Assembly: GCA_963745945.1 (NCBI GenBank)
Contig: CAVUZG010000004.1
Coordinates: forward strand, 1,526,711-1,590,710
Length of the DNA stretch: 64,000 nucleotides
From: an uncultured Ignavibacteria bacterium
GTDB lineage: Bacteria; Bacteroidota; Ignavibacteria; Ignavibacteriales; Ignavibacteriaceae
Direction: 5' to 3'
The notes under the pieces are model-generated. The model ran no database searches. It was given only the letters and a program-made list of their open reading frames with translations, and was not told where the DNA came from. Shown here in pieces: positions 39,057-48,256 of this stretch. The position numbers and the translations under genes are program-made. Positions within the stretch are counted from its first letter, which is position 1, and every line of letters begins with the position of its first letter.

Positions 39057-39250
39057 TCACAATATGATTTTAACTATGCAAAAATATAGAACAATTAATT
39101 CTCAAAAAAAATTTTCTACGGATAACACATTTTCCCGGCCGGAATATTCGAAGGGAAATTTGTAAATGTGTATTTAATAAAAATTATTTTTAATTACGGG
39201 TAACATTTTACCATGTTTTTGCGTCTCTCTGATAGCAAACGAAAATATCT

Positions 39251-39772
39251 TTGATTAATAAATCTGAAAATATATTAGAGTTTACTTTACTGTATAATAA
39301 ATACAAAATACGACTCTATAATTACGTTCTTAAGATGTGTTCAGACAGTATGCTGGCGGACGACATCGTGCAGGACGTTTTCATAAAGCTTTACAGGAAT
39401 TTAAGCTCCATACAAAATAAGCAGAGTGTGCATTTCTGGTTATTCAAAACTGCTAGAAATGAATTCTATACACTTTTAAGAAACACAAAACTCAGTAAGC
39501 TATATACTAACGCTGAAGATTACGATGAACTTGAAATTGAAGATGAACTTTCGGTTACAGAGGAAATTGAAAATAATGAACTTAAATCAATAGTAATAAA
39601 TGAACTTGATAAGATGAGTGCTGAAAACAAAGAAATTTTTGTGCTGAAAGAATACTCCGGATTTACATATAAAGAAATAGCTGCGTTGCTTGAACTCGAT
39701 ATTGAAACAGTAAAAAGCAGGTTATATAAAATCAGGCAAAGACTTATTAAAAAGATATCAAAACTTGTGTAG
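39251..39772 (+). CDS. ECF-type RNA polymerase sigma factor
   Basis: 173-aa ORF with a TTG start. Region 2 is DDIVQDVFIKLYRN..WLFKTARNEF. Region 4 is FVLKEYSGFTYKEIAALLELDIETVKSRLYKIRQRL. Confidence 0.8.
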   Translation: MINKSENILEFTLLYNKYKIRLYNYVLKMCSDSMLADDIVQDVFIKLYRNLSSIQNKQSVHFWLFKTARNEFYTLLRNTKLSKLYTNAEDYDELEIEDELSVTEEIENNELKSIVINELDKMSAENKEIFVLKEYSGFTYKEIAALLELDIETVKSRLYKIRQRLIKKISKLV

Positions 39773-39793
39773 AAAATAATACAGGTGATTTAA

Positions 39794-40261
39794 ATGGATG
39801 ATAATAAAATCAGGGAAATGATTAATCTTTATTGCGATGATGAACTGAAAAAAGATGAAGAATCATTTTTATTCACTCAGCTTTCGGAGAATTTTGAGGC
39901 GAGAGAATATTTCAAAAGATTAAACAGTATTAAAGGCGCAATTGCGGACTCAGTTGAAGAATTTCCTGAAGAACTAGATGAAAGAATTCTTAAGTCCGTC
40001 AATTTGGAGAATTCATCCGGACAATCACTTTATTCAAAACATAATTTATTCATTTCGGTTTCAATTGCGGCATCAATTGTTCTGCTGATTATCAGCGGCT
40101 ACCTGTTTTTCAGAATTTCTGTTTACAATGGAAAAGTTGATAACCTTTCACAACAGTTAAAAATGCAGTCCCGCACAATAGAAATGCTCTACAATTCCTT
40201 ACCGGGAATAGAAGTTGAATCATCACTAAAAAATGCAATTATCATAAAACCAAACAGTTGA
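39794..40261 (+). CDS. putative anti-sigma factor (single TM)
   Basis: 155-aa ORF 21 nt downstream of the ECF sigma gene. It has an N-terminal cytoplasmic helix region and one TM segment (LFISVSIAASIVLLIISGYLFF). Confidence 0.5.
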   Translation: MDDNKIREMINLYCDDELKKDEESFLFTQLSENFEAREYFKRLNSIKGAIADSVEEFPEELDERILKSVNLENSSGQSLYSKHNLFISVSIAASIVLLIISGYLFFRISVYNGKVDNLSQQLKMQSRTIEMLYNSLPGIEVESSLKNAIIIKPNS

Positions 40262-40268
40262 GAATAAA

Positions 40269-41003
40269 ATGAAAACAAATTATTTATTTCTGCTTTTACT
40301 TCTTCTTATTCCATTCGGATGCAAAGAAGGAAATGATATTGAAGTAGTAACTGATTATAATCAGGACTATGTTCAGTATAAAGATTTAGATAAATCTCCC
40401 CAATTAATAAATGGAAATTCGGACGCGCTAATACACTCGATTATGACAGTTTATCACAAAAAATACCCTGTTACAGATAAGGTAAATGAAAAGCCATCTC
40501 TCGAATACAGGTTTCTGGTAGACGAAAAAGGTACGGTGAAAAAAGTTATTGTAGGTAAGAATAATGATCCGGAAATAAATAAGCTTGTACTAAATTCAGT
40601 AAAAGACTGGAAATTCACACCCGGTGAAAAGAATGGTAAGGTTGTAAAGTTTCAGGATCCGATGATATTATCTGAATTTGCCAACCTTGATATAAATGAA
40701 AAAGATTATTATCAGGCCGTCGATCAAATGCCGGAACCCATTGGAGGCATGATGTCCATTCAGCAAAAGATTGTATATCCTGACTCCGCAAAAAATAATG
40801 GAATTGAAGGAAAAGTTTTTCTGACAGCATATATTAATGAAGCAGGAAATGTTGTATCAGTTAAAATTAATAAAGGAATCGGCGGCGGATGCGATGAAGC
40901 TGCAATGCAGGCAGTTCTGCAAACAAAGTTTATTCCGGGAAAGCAGGATGGCAAACCTGTAAAAGTTCAGGTCACTATTCCAATAGTTTTTAAACTGCAT
41001 TAG
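40269..41003 (+). CDS. lipoprotein with two TonB-C-terminal-like domains
   Basis: Lipobox IPFGC. The second domain MPEPIGGMMSIQQKIVYPDSAKNNGIEGKVFLTAYINEAGNV..GCDEAAMQAV...FIPGKQDGKPV is classic TonB_C. A degenerate copy precedes it. Confidence 0.7.
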   Translation: MKTNYLFLLLLLLIPFGCKEGNDIEVVTDYNQDYVQYKDLDKSPQLINGNSDALIHSIMTVYHKKYPVTDKVNEKPSLEYRFLVDEKGTVKKVIVGKNNDPEINKLVLNSVKDWKFTPGEKNGKVVKFQDPMILSEFANLDINEKDYYQAVDQMPEPIGGMMSIQQKIVYPDSAKNNGIEGKVFLTAYINEAGNVVSVKINKGIGGGCDEAAMQAVLQTKFIPGKQDGKPVKVQVTIPIVFKLH

Positions 41004-41026
41004 AAAACAGTTTACTTAATTTTTAT

Positions 41027-41053
41027 AGAAGGAAGTTATTTACACTTCCTTCT
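41027..41053 (+). terminator. rho-independent terminator
   Basis: agaaggaagt-tatttac-acttccttct followed by tttgtt. Confidence 0.65.
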
Positions 41054-41121
41054 TTTGTTCCAACCTGTTTTCACAAATCAAAATCTATCCGTATATTTTT
41101 CCAATCCTTTACAAAAAATGA

Positions 41122-44100
41122 ATGAGACACTTTATGAAGCAGGTTTACTTTTTAACTTTTGCTGTTTTAATTTCACTTATATTTGATTCAAATCTTTCTG
41201 CACAGACGCAACCTGCAAACATTAATCAAACCAATCAGAGGATTCTATCTTCAGATCAGCCCTTTGCTTCATACTGGTTCCCGCTTGATCTTTTAAGCTG
41301 GTCGCCCACAAGTGATCCTGATGCACCTTACAATCGTTCCGGAGTTGCTTTAAAAGATAAATATGTTGACAGCCTTTCAATTGTTAATTCTAATGCAAGG
41401 GTTAATGAAGCAACTGTAAATCCTCTTGCAGCATTCGCACCTACAAGTGATAATCCATCTCAGGGTTCTTTAAATATTGATTATTACTCGTTCAGTTTCT
41501 GGCAGTATGTTAACCAGCTTGTTTTCTGGGGAGGTTCTGCAGGCGAGGGTTTAATACTCGCACCAAACCCGACTATAATAGATGCGGCCCACCGAAACGG
41601 TGTAAAAATCTTAGGTAACATTTTCTTTCCTCCGGCAGCTTATGGCGGACAGTTTCAATGGGTAAATGATTTTCTTCAGAAAAGCGGAAACACCTTTCCA
41701 GTTGCAGATAAATTAATTGAAGCAGCAGAATATTACGGTTTCGATGGATGGTTTATTAACCAGGAAACTTCAGGCGGTAATTCACAAACTGCAGCCGATA
41801 TGAGAGATTTTATGATTTACTTTCAGCAGCATTCAAACCTTGAAATAGAATGGTATGATGCGATGACTGAAAGCGGAAGTGTTTCCTGGCAGAATCAGCT
41901 TGATACTCAGAACGACTGGTTTTTTCAGTATGGCGATACTCTTGTTTCGCAGACAATGTTTTTAAATTTTAACTGGTCATCAACAGGATTAAATAACTCG
42001 CGTACTCTTGCTCAAAGTTTAGGCAGAAGCGAGTATGATTTATTTGCAGGTATTGATGTTGAGGCAAATGGATATAATAGTTTTGTAAACTGGTCTTCCC
42101 TTTTTCCGGCAAATCAGTCGCACATAACTTCACTCGGAATTTACAGACCTGACTGGTGCTACAATTCCTCTACAGATATAAATAACTATTATGATAATTC
42201 GAGCACATTCTGGGTTGGGTGGAATCACGATCCGAGCAATACTACAACTTCAAATAACTGGAAAGGAATTGCAAATTATATTCCTGCTTTCACTCCGATT
42301 ACATCCGTTCCTTTTACAACAAATTTCTGTACAGGACAGGGTTACGATTTTTATATAGATGGAGAAAAATTATCCTATCCTGATTTATCTGCAAACGGAT
42401 GGAATAATTTGTCGCTACAGGATGTTCTGCCAACTTGGAGATGGATTGTGCAGAGCAGCGGAACAAAGCTTACTCCGGAATTTGATTTTACTGATGCATA
42501 CTATGGCGGAAACTGTTTAAAGATCTCAGGTGATTTGACAAGCGATAATCTCATTAAACTTTACAAAGCAAACTGTACTGTTTCATCAAATACAAAAATT
42601 GATATCGCTTTTAAAACAGGAAGCATTGGATCAACAAATATGAAAGTCGGTTTGGCTTTTGAGAATGATCCTTCTTCATTCATTTATTTTGATGTGGGAA
42701 GTACAAACTCTGCAGACTGGAATCTGAAAACAATTGATATCAGTTCATACAGCGGACAAAAGATTGAAGAGACTGCTCTTTTCTTTACAGGCAGCTTTGG
42801 AACCGGTTATGAAATGAAAGTCGGAAGAATTGGAATTTATAATGGTTCTATCGGAACTCCGAATCCTCCGGCAAATCTTTATGTGGAAGATAAAACTGAT
42901 GAATCAGGTTTTGTAACTTTAAGATTAAGATGGGATCATTCAACAAGTGATGTTTATTATTATAATGTTTTCAGAAGAAACCAGGACAGTTCGCTCACCT
43001 ATCTCGGCGGAACAGCGAACAATGCTTACTTTGTTCCTTTTGTAAAATATGAAAACGGCGACAGCGCTGTGTCTGTTTTAGTTCAGGCAGTCGGAAATGA
43101 TTTTGGTGAATCTGATTTTGCCGAAACAACATTTGAATGGTTTTCTGCTCCGGGAATGGCTTCGAATCCTTCACCAACAAACGAAGATACTTTATCAATC
43201 AGGAATCCTTCACTTAGCTGGACTCCGGGAAATGGCACAACTTCAAATGATGTTTATTTGGGAACAACTAATCCTCCTTCATTTGTAAGTAATATAACTT
43301 CAAATACTTATCAGACAGAATTACTTTCTCCGAACACAACCTACTATTGGAGAATTGATTGTAAAAATCAATACTATACAACCGAAGGACAAGTCTGGAC
43401 TTTCACAACAGGAACTTCTGTTGCTGATACCAATGGATATGCTCTTCAGTTTGACGGCACAGATGATCTGCTTGACTGCGGCAACAACAGTTCACTTCAG
43501 ATTACAGGAAACAAAATAACTCTTGAAGCATGGATAAATGTAAGTGAGTTTAAAAGCCAGCCTTATACAGGAAGTGTTATTGTAAAAGACCAGGGATCAA
43601 ACTCATCCGGTTATATGATACGATGCGGCGGAAACGGAATAATAAATTTTAATATCGGAAACGGAAGCTGGCATGAAATCAACACCCCCGTAAATGCCGT
43701 GGATTTAAATAACTGGCATCACGTTGCAGCAACTTATGATGGAAGCCAGATGAAAATTTATATCGACGGGAACCTTGATGCACAAAATAATATCTCAATT
43801 AATATCGGCAATGCGAATAACAGCAATCTGTTTGTTGGTGAATCACCGGGATTTCCGGGAAGAGTTTTTAACGGAAAAATTGATGAAGTAAGAATCTGGA
43901 ATGTTGCACGTACTCAATCGGAAATTCAAAGCACAATGAACATTTCGTTATCGCCCGAATATTATACTTCACCAGACAGCGGACTTGTCGGTTACTGGAA
44001 ATTTGATGAAGGTACAGGACAAACAGCAGCTGATTTATCGTACTTTGGAAATAATGCAATTCTTGGCACTTCACCCGATCCTGATGCTAGTGATCCGGAG

Positions 44101-44427
44101 TGGGTTCCGGCAAACATTCTAATCCTTGGTGCAAAAGATGACAATTCCACAGCACAAATTCCGGCTGAATATAATCTGTCACAAAATTATCCCAATCCAT
44201 TTAATCCTGAGACAATTATTAATTATCAATTAACAATGAATAATTATGTTACGATTAAGGTATATGATATTCTCGGAAGAGAAGTTGCAACATTAGTTAA
44301 TGAAGAAAAACCTGCCGGAAAATATTCTCTTAACTTTGACGCTTCTAAACTCAGCAGCGGAATTTACTTCTATAGAATAAAAGCAGGGAGTTTTACTCAA
44401 ACAAGAAAAATGATCCTCCTGCGTTAA
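41122..44427 (+). CDS. GH85 endo-beta-N-acetylglucosaminidase with LamG/concanavalin-like domain and T9SS CTD
   Basis: The GH85-like region is ..FWQYVNQLVFWGGSAGEG.I..P......AHRNGVKILG..FFPP...FDGWFINQET. The LamG-like region is LQFDG.DD......ITLEAWI....WHHVAATYDG..MKIYIDG...VDEVRIWN. C-terminal NYPNPFNPET..GIYFYRI..KMILLR. Confidence 0.75.
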   Translation: MRHFMKQVYFLTFAVLISLIFDSNLSAQTQPANINQTNQRILSSDQPFASYWFPLDLLSWSPTSDPDAPYNRSGVALKDKYVDSLSIVNSNARVNEATVNPLAAFAPTSDNPSQGSLNIDYYSFSFWQYVNQLVFWGGSAGEGLILAPNPTIIDAAHRNGVKILGNIFFPPAAYGGQFQWVNDFLQKSGNTFPVADKLIEAAEYYGFDGWFINQETSGGNSQTAADMRDFMIYFQQHSNLEIEWYDAMTESGSVSWQNQLDTQNDWFFQYGDTLVSQTMFLNFNWSSTGLNNSRTLAQSLGRSEYDLFAGIDVEANGYNSFVNWSSLFPANQSHITSLGIYRPDWCYNSSTDINNYYDNSSTFWVGWNHDPSNTTTSNNWKGIANYIPAFTPITSVPFTTNFCTGQGYDFYIDGEKLSYPDLSANGWNNLSLQDVLPTWRWIVQSSGTKLTPEFDFTDAYYGGNCLKISGDLTSDNLIKLYKANCTVSSNTKIDIAFKTGSIGSTNMKVGLAFENDPSSFIYFDVGSTNSADWNLKTIDISSYSGQKIEETALFFTGSFGTGYEMKVGRIGIYNGSIGTPNPPANLYVEDKTDESGFVTLRLRWDHSTSDVYYYNVFRRNQDSSLTYLGGTANNAYFVPFVKYENGDSAVSVLVQAVGNDFGESDFAETTFEWFSAPGMASNPSPTNEDTLSIRNPSLSWTPGNGTTSNDVYLGTTNPPSFVSNITSNTYQTELLSPNTTYYWRIDCKNQYYTTEGQVWTFTTGTSVADTNGYALQFDGTDDLLDCGNNSSLQITGNKITLEAWINVSEFKSQPYTGSVIVKDQGSNSSGYMIRCGGNGIINFNIGNGSWHEINTPVNAVDLNNWHHVAATYDGSQMKIYIDGNLDAQNNISINIGNANNSNLFVGESPGFPGRVFNGKIDEVRIWNVARTQSEIQSTMNISLSPEYYTSPDSGLVGYWKFDEGTGQTAADLSYFGNNAILGTSPDPDASDPEWVPANILILGAKDDNSTAQIPAEYNLSQNYPNPFNPETIINYQLTMNNYVTIKVYDILGREVATLVNEEKPAGKYSLNFDASKLSSGIYFYRIKAGSFTQTRKMILLR

Positions 44428-44903
44428 CACTTCGGCGGACAGGTTTTGATGAAGTAAAAAATAAGATATCTCTGGTATTCCAGAATATTGCCTGATATCT
44501 TTATTTGCCGCCGGGCAATATTTTACTTGGTATTCATCAAATATTAGTCTAAGTTAAACTGAAACCTAAATCCACTCCTTGAGGAATGGTGATAAATCTA
44601 ATAATCTATTGCCCGTACTTCTGGAATTCCTCTTCTCTCCTTAAGCGTTGATACGGTTCTCTGTAACGAGTTCTGTGTTCACGTATATTCTTTTTTACTA
44701 TTACTTCCGTATTTGACAGGGAAATATATGACCGCCCCCCACATAAGCCTTTTTTTGAAAGATTTAAATTTACCTGAGTCAGCTTCATCGTCTCATATTG
44801 TTATATCAATATACGTTATCCGATACCAATACCTGTTTAGTAAAAACAATAAATAATCCGGCCGAAAAATCAGTTTATAAATTCAATAAATAAGGAACAA
44901 AAA

Positions 44904-45788
44904 ATGTCTAAGGCGAAAATGTTAATATTGACTGCAATAATATTGCTGCTCTCCCTTTCAAAGATGTCCGCACAAAACCAAGGTCATCTATTAATAAAAG
45001 CATTTGATGGTTCATACATTGAAAGTCAGGAAGTAAAAGAGTTTGATGAACAGCAACTTGTACTGGGTAAAGTTCAGGATGACGGTTCAGTAAAAACTGT
45101 AAAGCTTGAAGGAAAAATAACAAGGCTGGATTATCGTGATCCTGATAATCGTTCTTCACTTGAACGTATACGAAACTATGAGGATGCTTTCAAAAAAGCA
45201 GGCTATGAAATAAAATTCAGTTGCAGCAAGGAGGAGTGCGGACCGGAAATTCAGATTGAGTCTATAGGTTATTATCCGCCCGAACGTTACCTGACTGCTT
45301 TTCAAAAGCGAGAAGAAGGAAATATATGGATCGGTGTTTTTGTAGCAGAAGGTCCCTGGACGAAAATCAGAATTGTTGAAGAAAAACCGATGGAAAGCGG
45401 TAAGGTAAAAATAACGGCAGCTCTTCTGAAAACAAATGTTCTTAAAGATGGTCATATGTCAATCTACGGAATTTACTTTGACACTGGTAAATACGAAATA
45501 AAACCTGAATCTTCTGAAACTTTAACTGAGATTGCAGCTTTCCTGAAAAACAATTCGTCGCTACAAGTGTACGTTGTTGGTCATACTGATAACGCCGGGA
45601 AGTTAAATGACAATATGGAACTTTCTCAAAAACGAGCAGAAGCAGTAGTGAACGAATTAGTTTCTAAATACAAAGTTTCCTCATCTAGTATTCAGGCACA
45701 CGGGGTAGGGCCATTAGTACCGGTTGCAACAAACGATACAGAAGAAGGAAAAGAGTTAAACAGACGAGTTGAAATAGTAAAGAACTAA
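44904..45788 (+). CDS. OmpA-family protein (C-terminal OmpA/peptidoglycan-binding domain)
   Basis: Signal peptide. The C-terminal block is IYFDTGKYEIKPES...VVGHTDN.G....N..LS.KRAEAV...L.......I.A.G.G...P.A.N.T.EG...NRRVEIV. Confidence 0.8.
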   Translation: MSKAKMLILTAIILLLSLSKMSAQNQGHLLIKAFDGSYIESQEVKEFDEQQLVLGKVQDDGSVKTVKLEGKITRLDYRDPDNRSSLERIRNYEDAFKKAGYEIKFSCSKEECGPEIQIESIGYYPPERYLTAFQKREEGNIWIGVFVAEGPWTKIRIVEEKPMESGKVKITAALLKTNVLKDGHMSIYGIYFDTGKYEIKPESSETLTEIAAFLKNNSSLQVYVVGHTDNAGKLNDNMELSQKRAEAVVNELVSKYKVSSSSIQAHGVGPLVPVATNDTEEGKELNRRVEIVKN

Positions 45789-45820
45789 TTTTTTAGTGTA
45801 ACAAATATTATAGGTGTTAT

Positions 45821-46474
45821 GTGAATTGTGCAAATAAAAAGAAAAAACATAATTTAATCCTATTTAAATCTTTCACTGTTTTTTTTACAATAACAACAAC
45901 TATTGTAATTGCCCTTCTAACAAATGCATCGTTGCTGATTGCGAGTGAAAGGAATCAACAAGATTCTGTAACGATTAGAAATGAAGAGTATCGATTTGAA
46001 GTAACAACTCCGGAAAGCTGGACATTCAAAAAAATCGTGCAGCAAGACCCTTACGAAGAAATGAAGTCGGGTTTATATGGTTCCTCAATCTCCGCCGACG
46101 AGCAGGAACCGGAAGGCTGGAATTGTTTTAAGCTCATCTCTACCGACACATCGGATAATAATCCTCAGCCTTTTCTTATAATCTATGCCCACAAAGCACC
46201 AGAACAAAATCGGGAGGAATTTACGAAGCTGTTCAAAATGTCAATCTCAAGATTTAATGGAAAGAATTTAGACTCAAACTGGGATTTCGCTGTTGGAGAT
46301 GCGAAAGGTTTCGATTGTACCTATGGCCTTGGCGCCAAAGTTCGCTATACAGCTCTCTACAGGGATGGAATACGAGTTGTCATTATGTACTTTTTTCCCT
46401 CAAGTGATCCAACTGCTTTTGATATGTATGCACCTGAGGTTGATGCTGTCATTCGGTCTTTGCAGATTGAATAG
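45821..46474 (+). CDS. hypothetical membrane-anchored protein
   Basis: 217-aa ORF with a GTG start and one N-terminal TM segment. No family recognised. Confidence 0.4.
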   Translation: MNCANKKKKHNLILFKSFTVFFTITTTIVIALLTNASLLIASERNQQDSVTIRNEEYRFEVTTPESWTFKKIVQQDPYEEMKSGLYGSSISADEQEPEGWNCFKLISTDTSDNNPQPFLIIYAHKAPEQNREEFTKLFKMSISRFNGKNLDSNWDFAVGDAKGFDCTYGLGAKVRYTALYRDGIRVVIMYFFPSSDPTAFDMYAPEVDAVIRSLQIE

Positions 46475-46531
46475 TCGAATATAGATTTTAAAAATAATTA
46501 GTTGATTCGTAAAAAAATTACAGGAGCAAAA

Positions 46532-48217
46532 ATGAAAGTCTCTAATATTGTTATTCTTATTGTTTTACTATGTTTTCTTAGTTTAGATTTGTCCGCTCAG
46601 GTAACACAGGAGTGGGTTGCAAGATACAACGGGCCAAACAACAACTTTGAGTATGCTTATTCTATGGCAGTTGATGATTCGGGAAATGTCTATGTAACAG
46701 GCTCTAGTCCCGGAATCGGGACCTTTACTGATTATGCAACTATTAAATACAACACCTTAGGTGAAGAGCAATGGGCTGCAAGATATAACGGATCTCAAAA
46801 CTCTACTGATGAGAGCAAATCTATTGCTATAGACGACTCAGGAAATGTTTATGTTACAGGTAATAGCGCGGGAGACGGAACTGGTATGGACTATGCAACA
46901 ATCAAGTATAACTCTTCTGGAATTGAGCAGTGGGTCTCAAGATATAGTTTGTTGCAAACCGCTGCTGGTGATTTTAGCAATTCTATTGCAGTTGACAAAT
47001 TCGGTAACGTATATGTAACTGGCCATAGCGAGGGGGGCCAAACAGGTACTGATATTGCAACAATTAAGTATAATTCTTCCGGGGACTCTGTCTGGGTTCA
47101 AGTATTTAACACCCCGGGGGCTGGCACTCAAGAAATGGCAAATGCCCTTGCAATCGACACTCTTGGTAATGTCTATGTTTCGGGATGGAGATTTACTCCC
47201 GGTACAACGACGAATGATAACTACTTAACTATCAAATATAATTCCGCAGGTCTTCAATTATGGGTAGCTGAATACGACGGTCCTGCAAATTCAAATGACA
47301 TTGTGAATGCCTTGGTAGTTGACGGTAATGGAAATGTTTATGTTACTGGAAATAGCCAGAATTCACTTGTTTCCGGCGGAGACAACGACTATGCGACAGT
47401 AAAGTATAATTCTTCGGGGATTGAGCAGTGGACTGCGAGGTTCAATGGACCGGGAAATCCTTCCTCCGCCGCACAGGACATTCCACACTCCATCGCTGTT
47501 GATGACTCGGGGAACGTTTTTGTTACTGGTGGAAGTGTTGATGTAAATGGCTCAACAACTGATTATGTTACTATCAAATATAATTCATTAGGCGCAGAGC
47601 AGTGGATTTCTATATATGGTGGGATCGTAAGCAGCAGCAGTGATGAAGCCAATACTCTTGCGATTGACAACCTGGGTAATGTGTATGTGACTGGAACTAG
47701 CGGGACTTTCGGTGGAACAAAAGCTGACTATGCTACAGTAAAGTATAATTCGTTAGGTGTTCAGCAATGGGCAGAAAGATACAATGGACCTCCGGGAAAT
47801 GGAAATGATAAAGCTAATTCAATCGTACTGGATAACCTGGGTAATGTTTACGTATCTGGGACTAGTGCTGGATCTGGAACTTCGGATGATTTTGCTACAA
47901 TCAAGTATTCACAGACACCAACCGGTATTGACCAAACAGACTATAATCTACCAGGGAACTATTCCCTGCATCAAAACTATCCAAACCCTTTTAATCCAAG
48001 CACGACTATTAGTTACCAATTGCCAATCAACGGACAAGTAACACTTAAAGTTTATGATGTACTTGGAAATACAATTGCAATATTAGTTAACGAAGAAAAA
48101 CCGGCAGGAAATTATTCTGTAAATTTTAATGCTTCACATCTTGCGAGCGGAATATATTTTTACAGGATTTATTCGGGAAGTTTTACACAAACAAGAAAAA
48201 TGATATTGATGAAGTAA
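46532..48217 (+). CDS. SBBP beta-propeller-repeat protein with T9SS CTD
   Basis: About 9 repeats of D.SGNVYVTG.S......DYATIKYNS.G.EQW..RYNG. C-terminal NYPNPFNPST..LVNEEKPAGNYS..GIYFYRI..KMILMK. The ATG at 46532 (MKVSNIV.. signal) is preferred over the TTG at 46502. Confidence 0.8.
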   Translation: MKVSNIVILIVLLCFLSLDLSAQVTQEWVARYNGPNNNFEYAYSMAVDDSGNVYVTGSSPGIGTFTDYATIKYNTLGEEQWAARYNGSQNSTDESKSIAIDDSGNVYVTGNSAGDGTGMDYATIKYNSSGIEQWVSRYSLLQTAAGDFSNSIAVDKFGNVYVTGHSEGGQTGTDIATIKYNSSGDSVWVQVFNTPGAGTQEMANALAIDTLGNVYVSGWRFTPGTTTNDNYLTIKYNSAGLQLWVAEYDGPANSNDIVNALVVDGNGNVYVTGNSQNSLVSGGDNDYATVKYNSSGIEQWTARFNGPGNPSSAAQDIPHSIAVDDSGNVFVTGGSVDVNGSTTDYVTIKYNSLGAEQWISIYGGIVSSSSDEANTLAIDNLGNVYVTGTSGTFGGTKADYATVKYNSLGVQQWAERYNGPPGNGNDKANSIVLDNLGNVYVSGTSAGSGTSDDFATIKYSQTPTGIDQTDYNLPGNYSLHQNYPNPFNPSTTISYQLPINGQVTLKVYDVLGNTIAILVNEEKPAGNYSVNFNASHLASGIYFYRIYSGSFTQTRKMILMK

Positions 48218-48256
48218 CGGATCTTTGCCAAATAAATTAATTCAAAATCAGACTGT

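Noticed and set aside
44606-44788. 60-aa minus-strand ORF (basic C-terminus ..REHRTRYREPYQRLRREEEFQKYGQ) in the 476-nt gap between the ENGase and OmpA genes
   Set aside because: There is no recognisable family, RBS or partner gene. It could be a remnant or a small protein, but the sequence alone cannot support a call. The nearby inverted repeat aatattgcc..ggcaatatt (about 44491-44522) is more simply the ENGase terminator.
3643-48217. Idea that the shared T9SS tail sequences are recombination cassettes or recent gene conversions
   Set aside because: Nucleotide comparison of the NYPNPFNP and LVNEEKPAG segments shows free variation at synonymous positions among copies. The similarity is therefore at protein level only.
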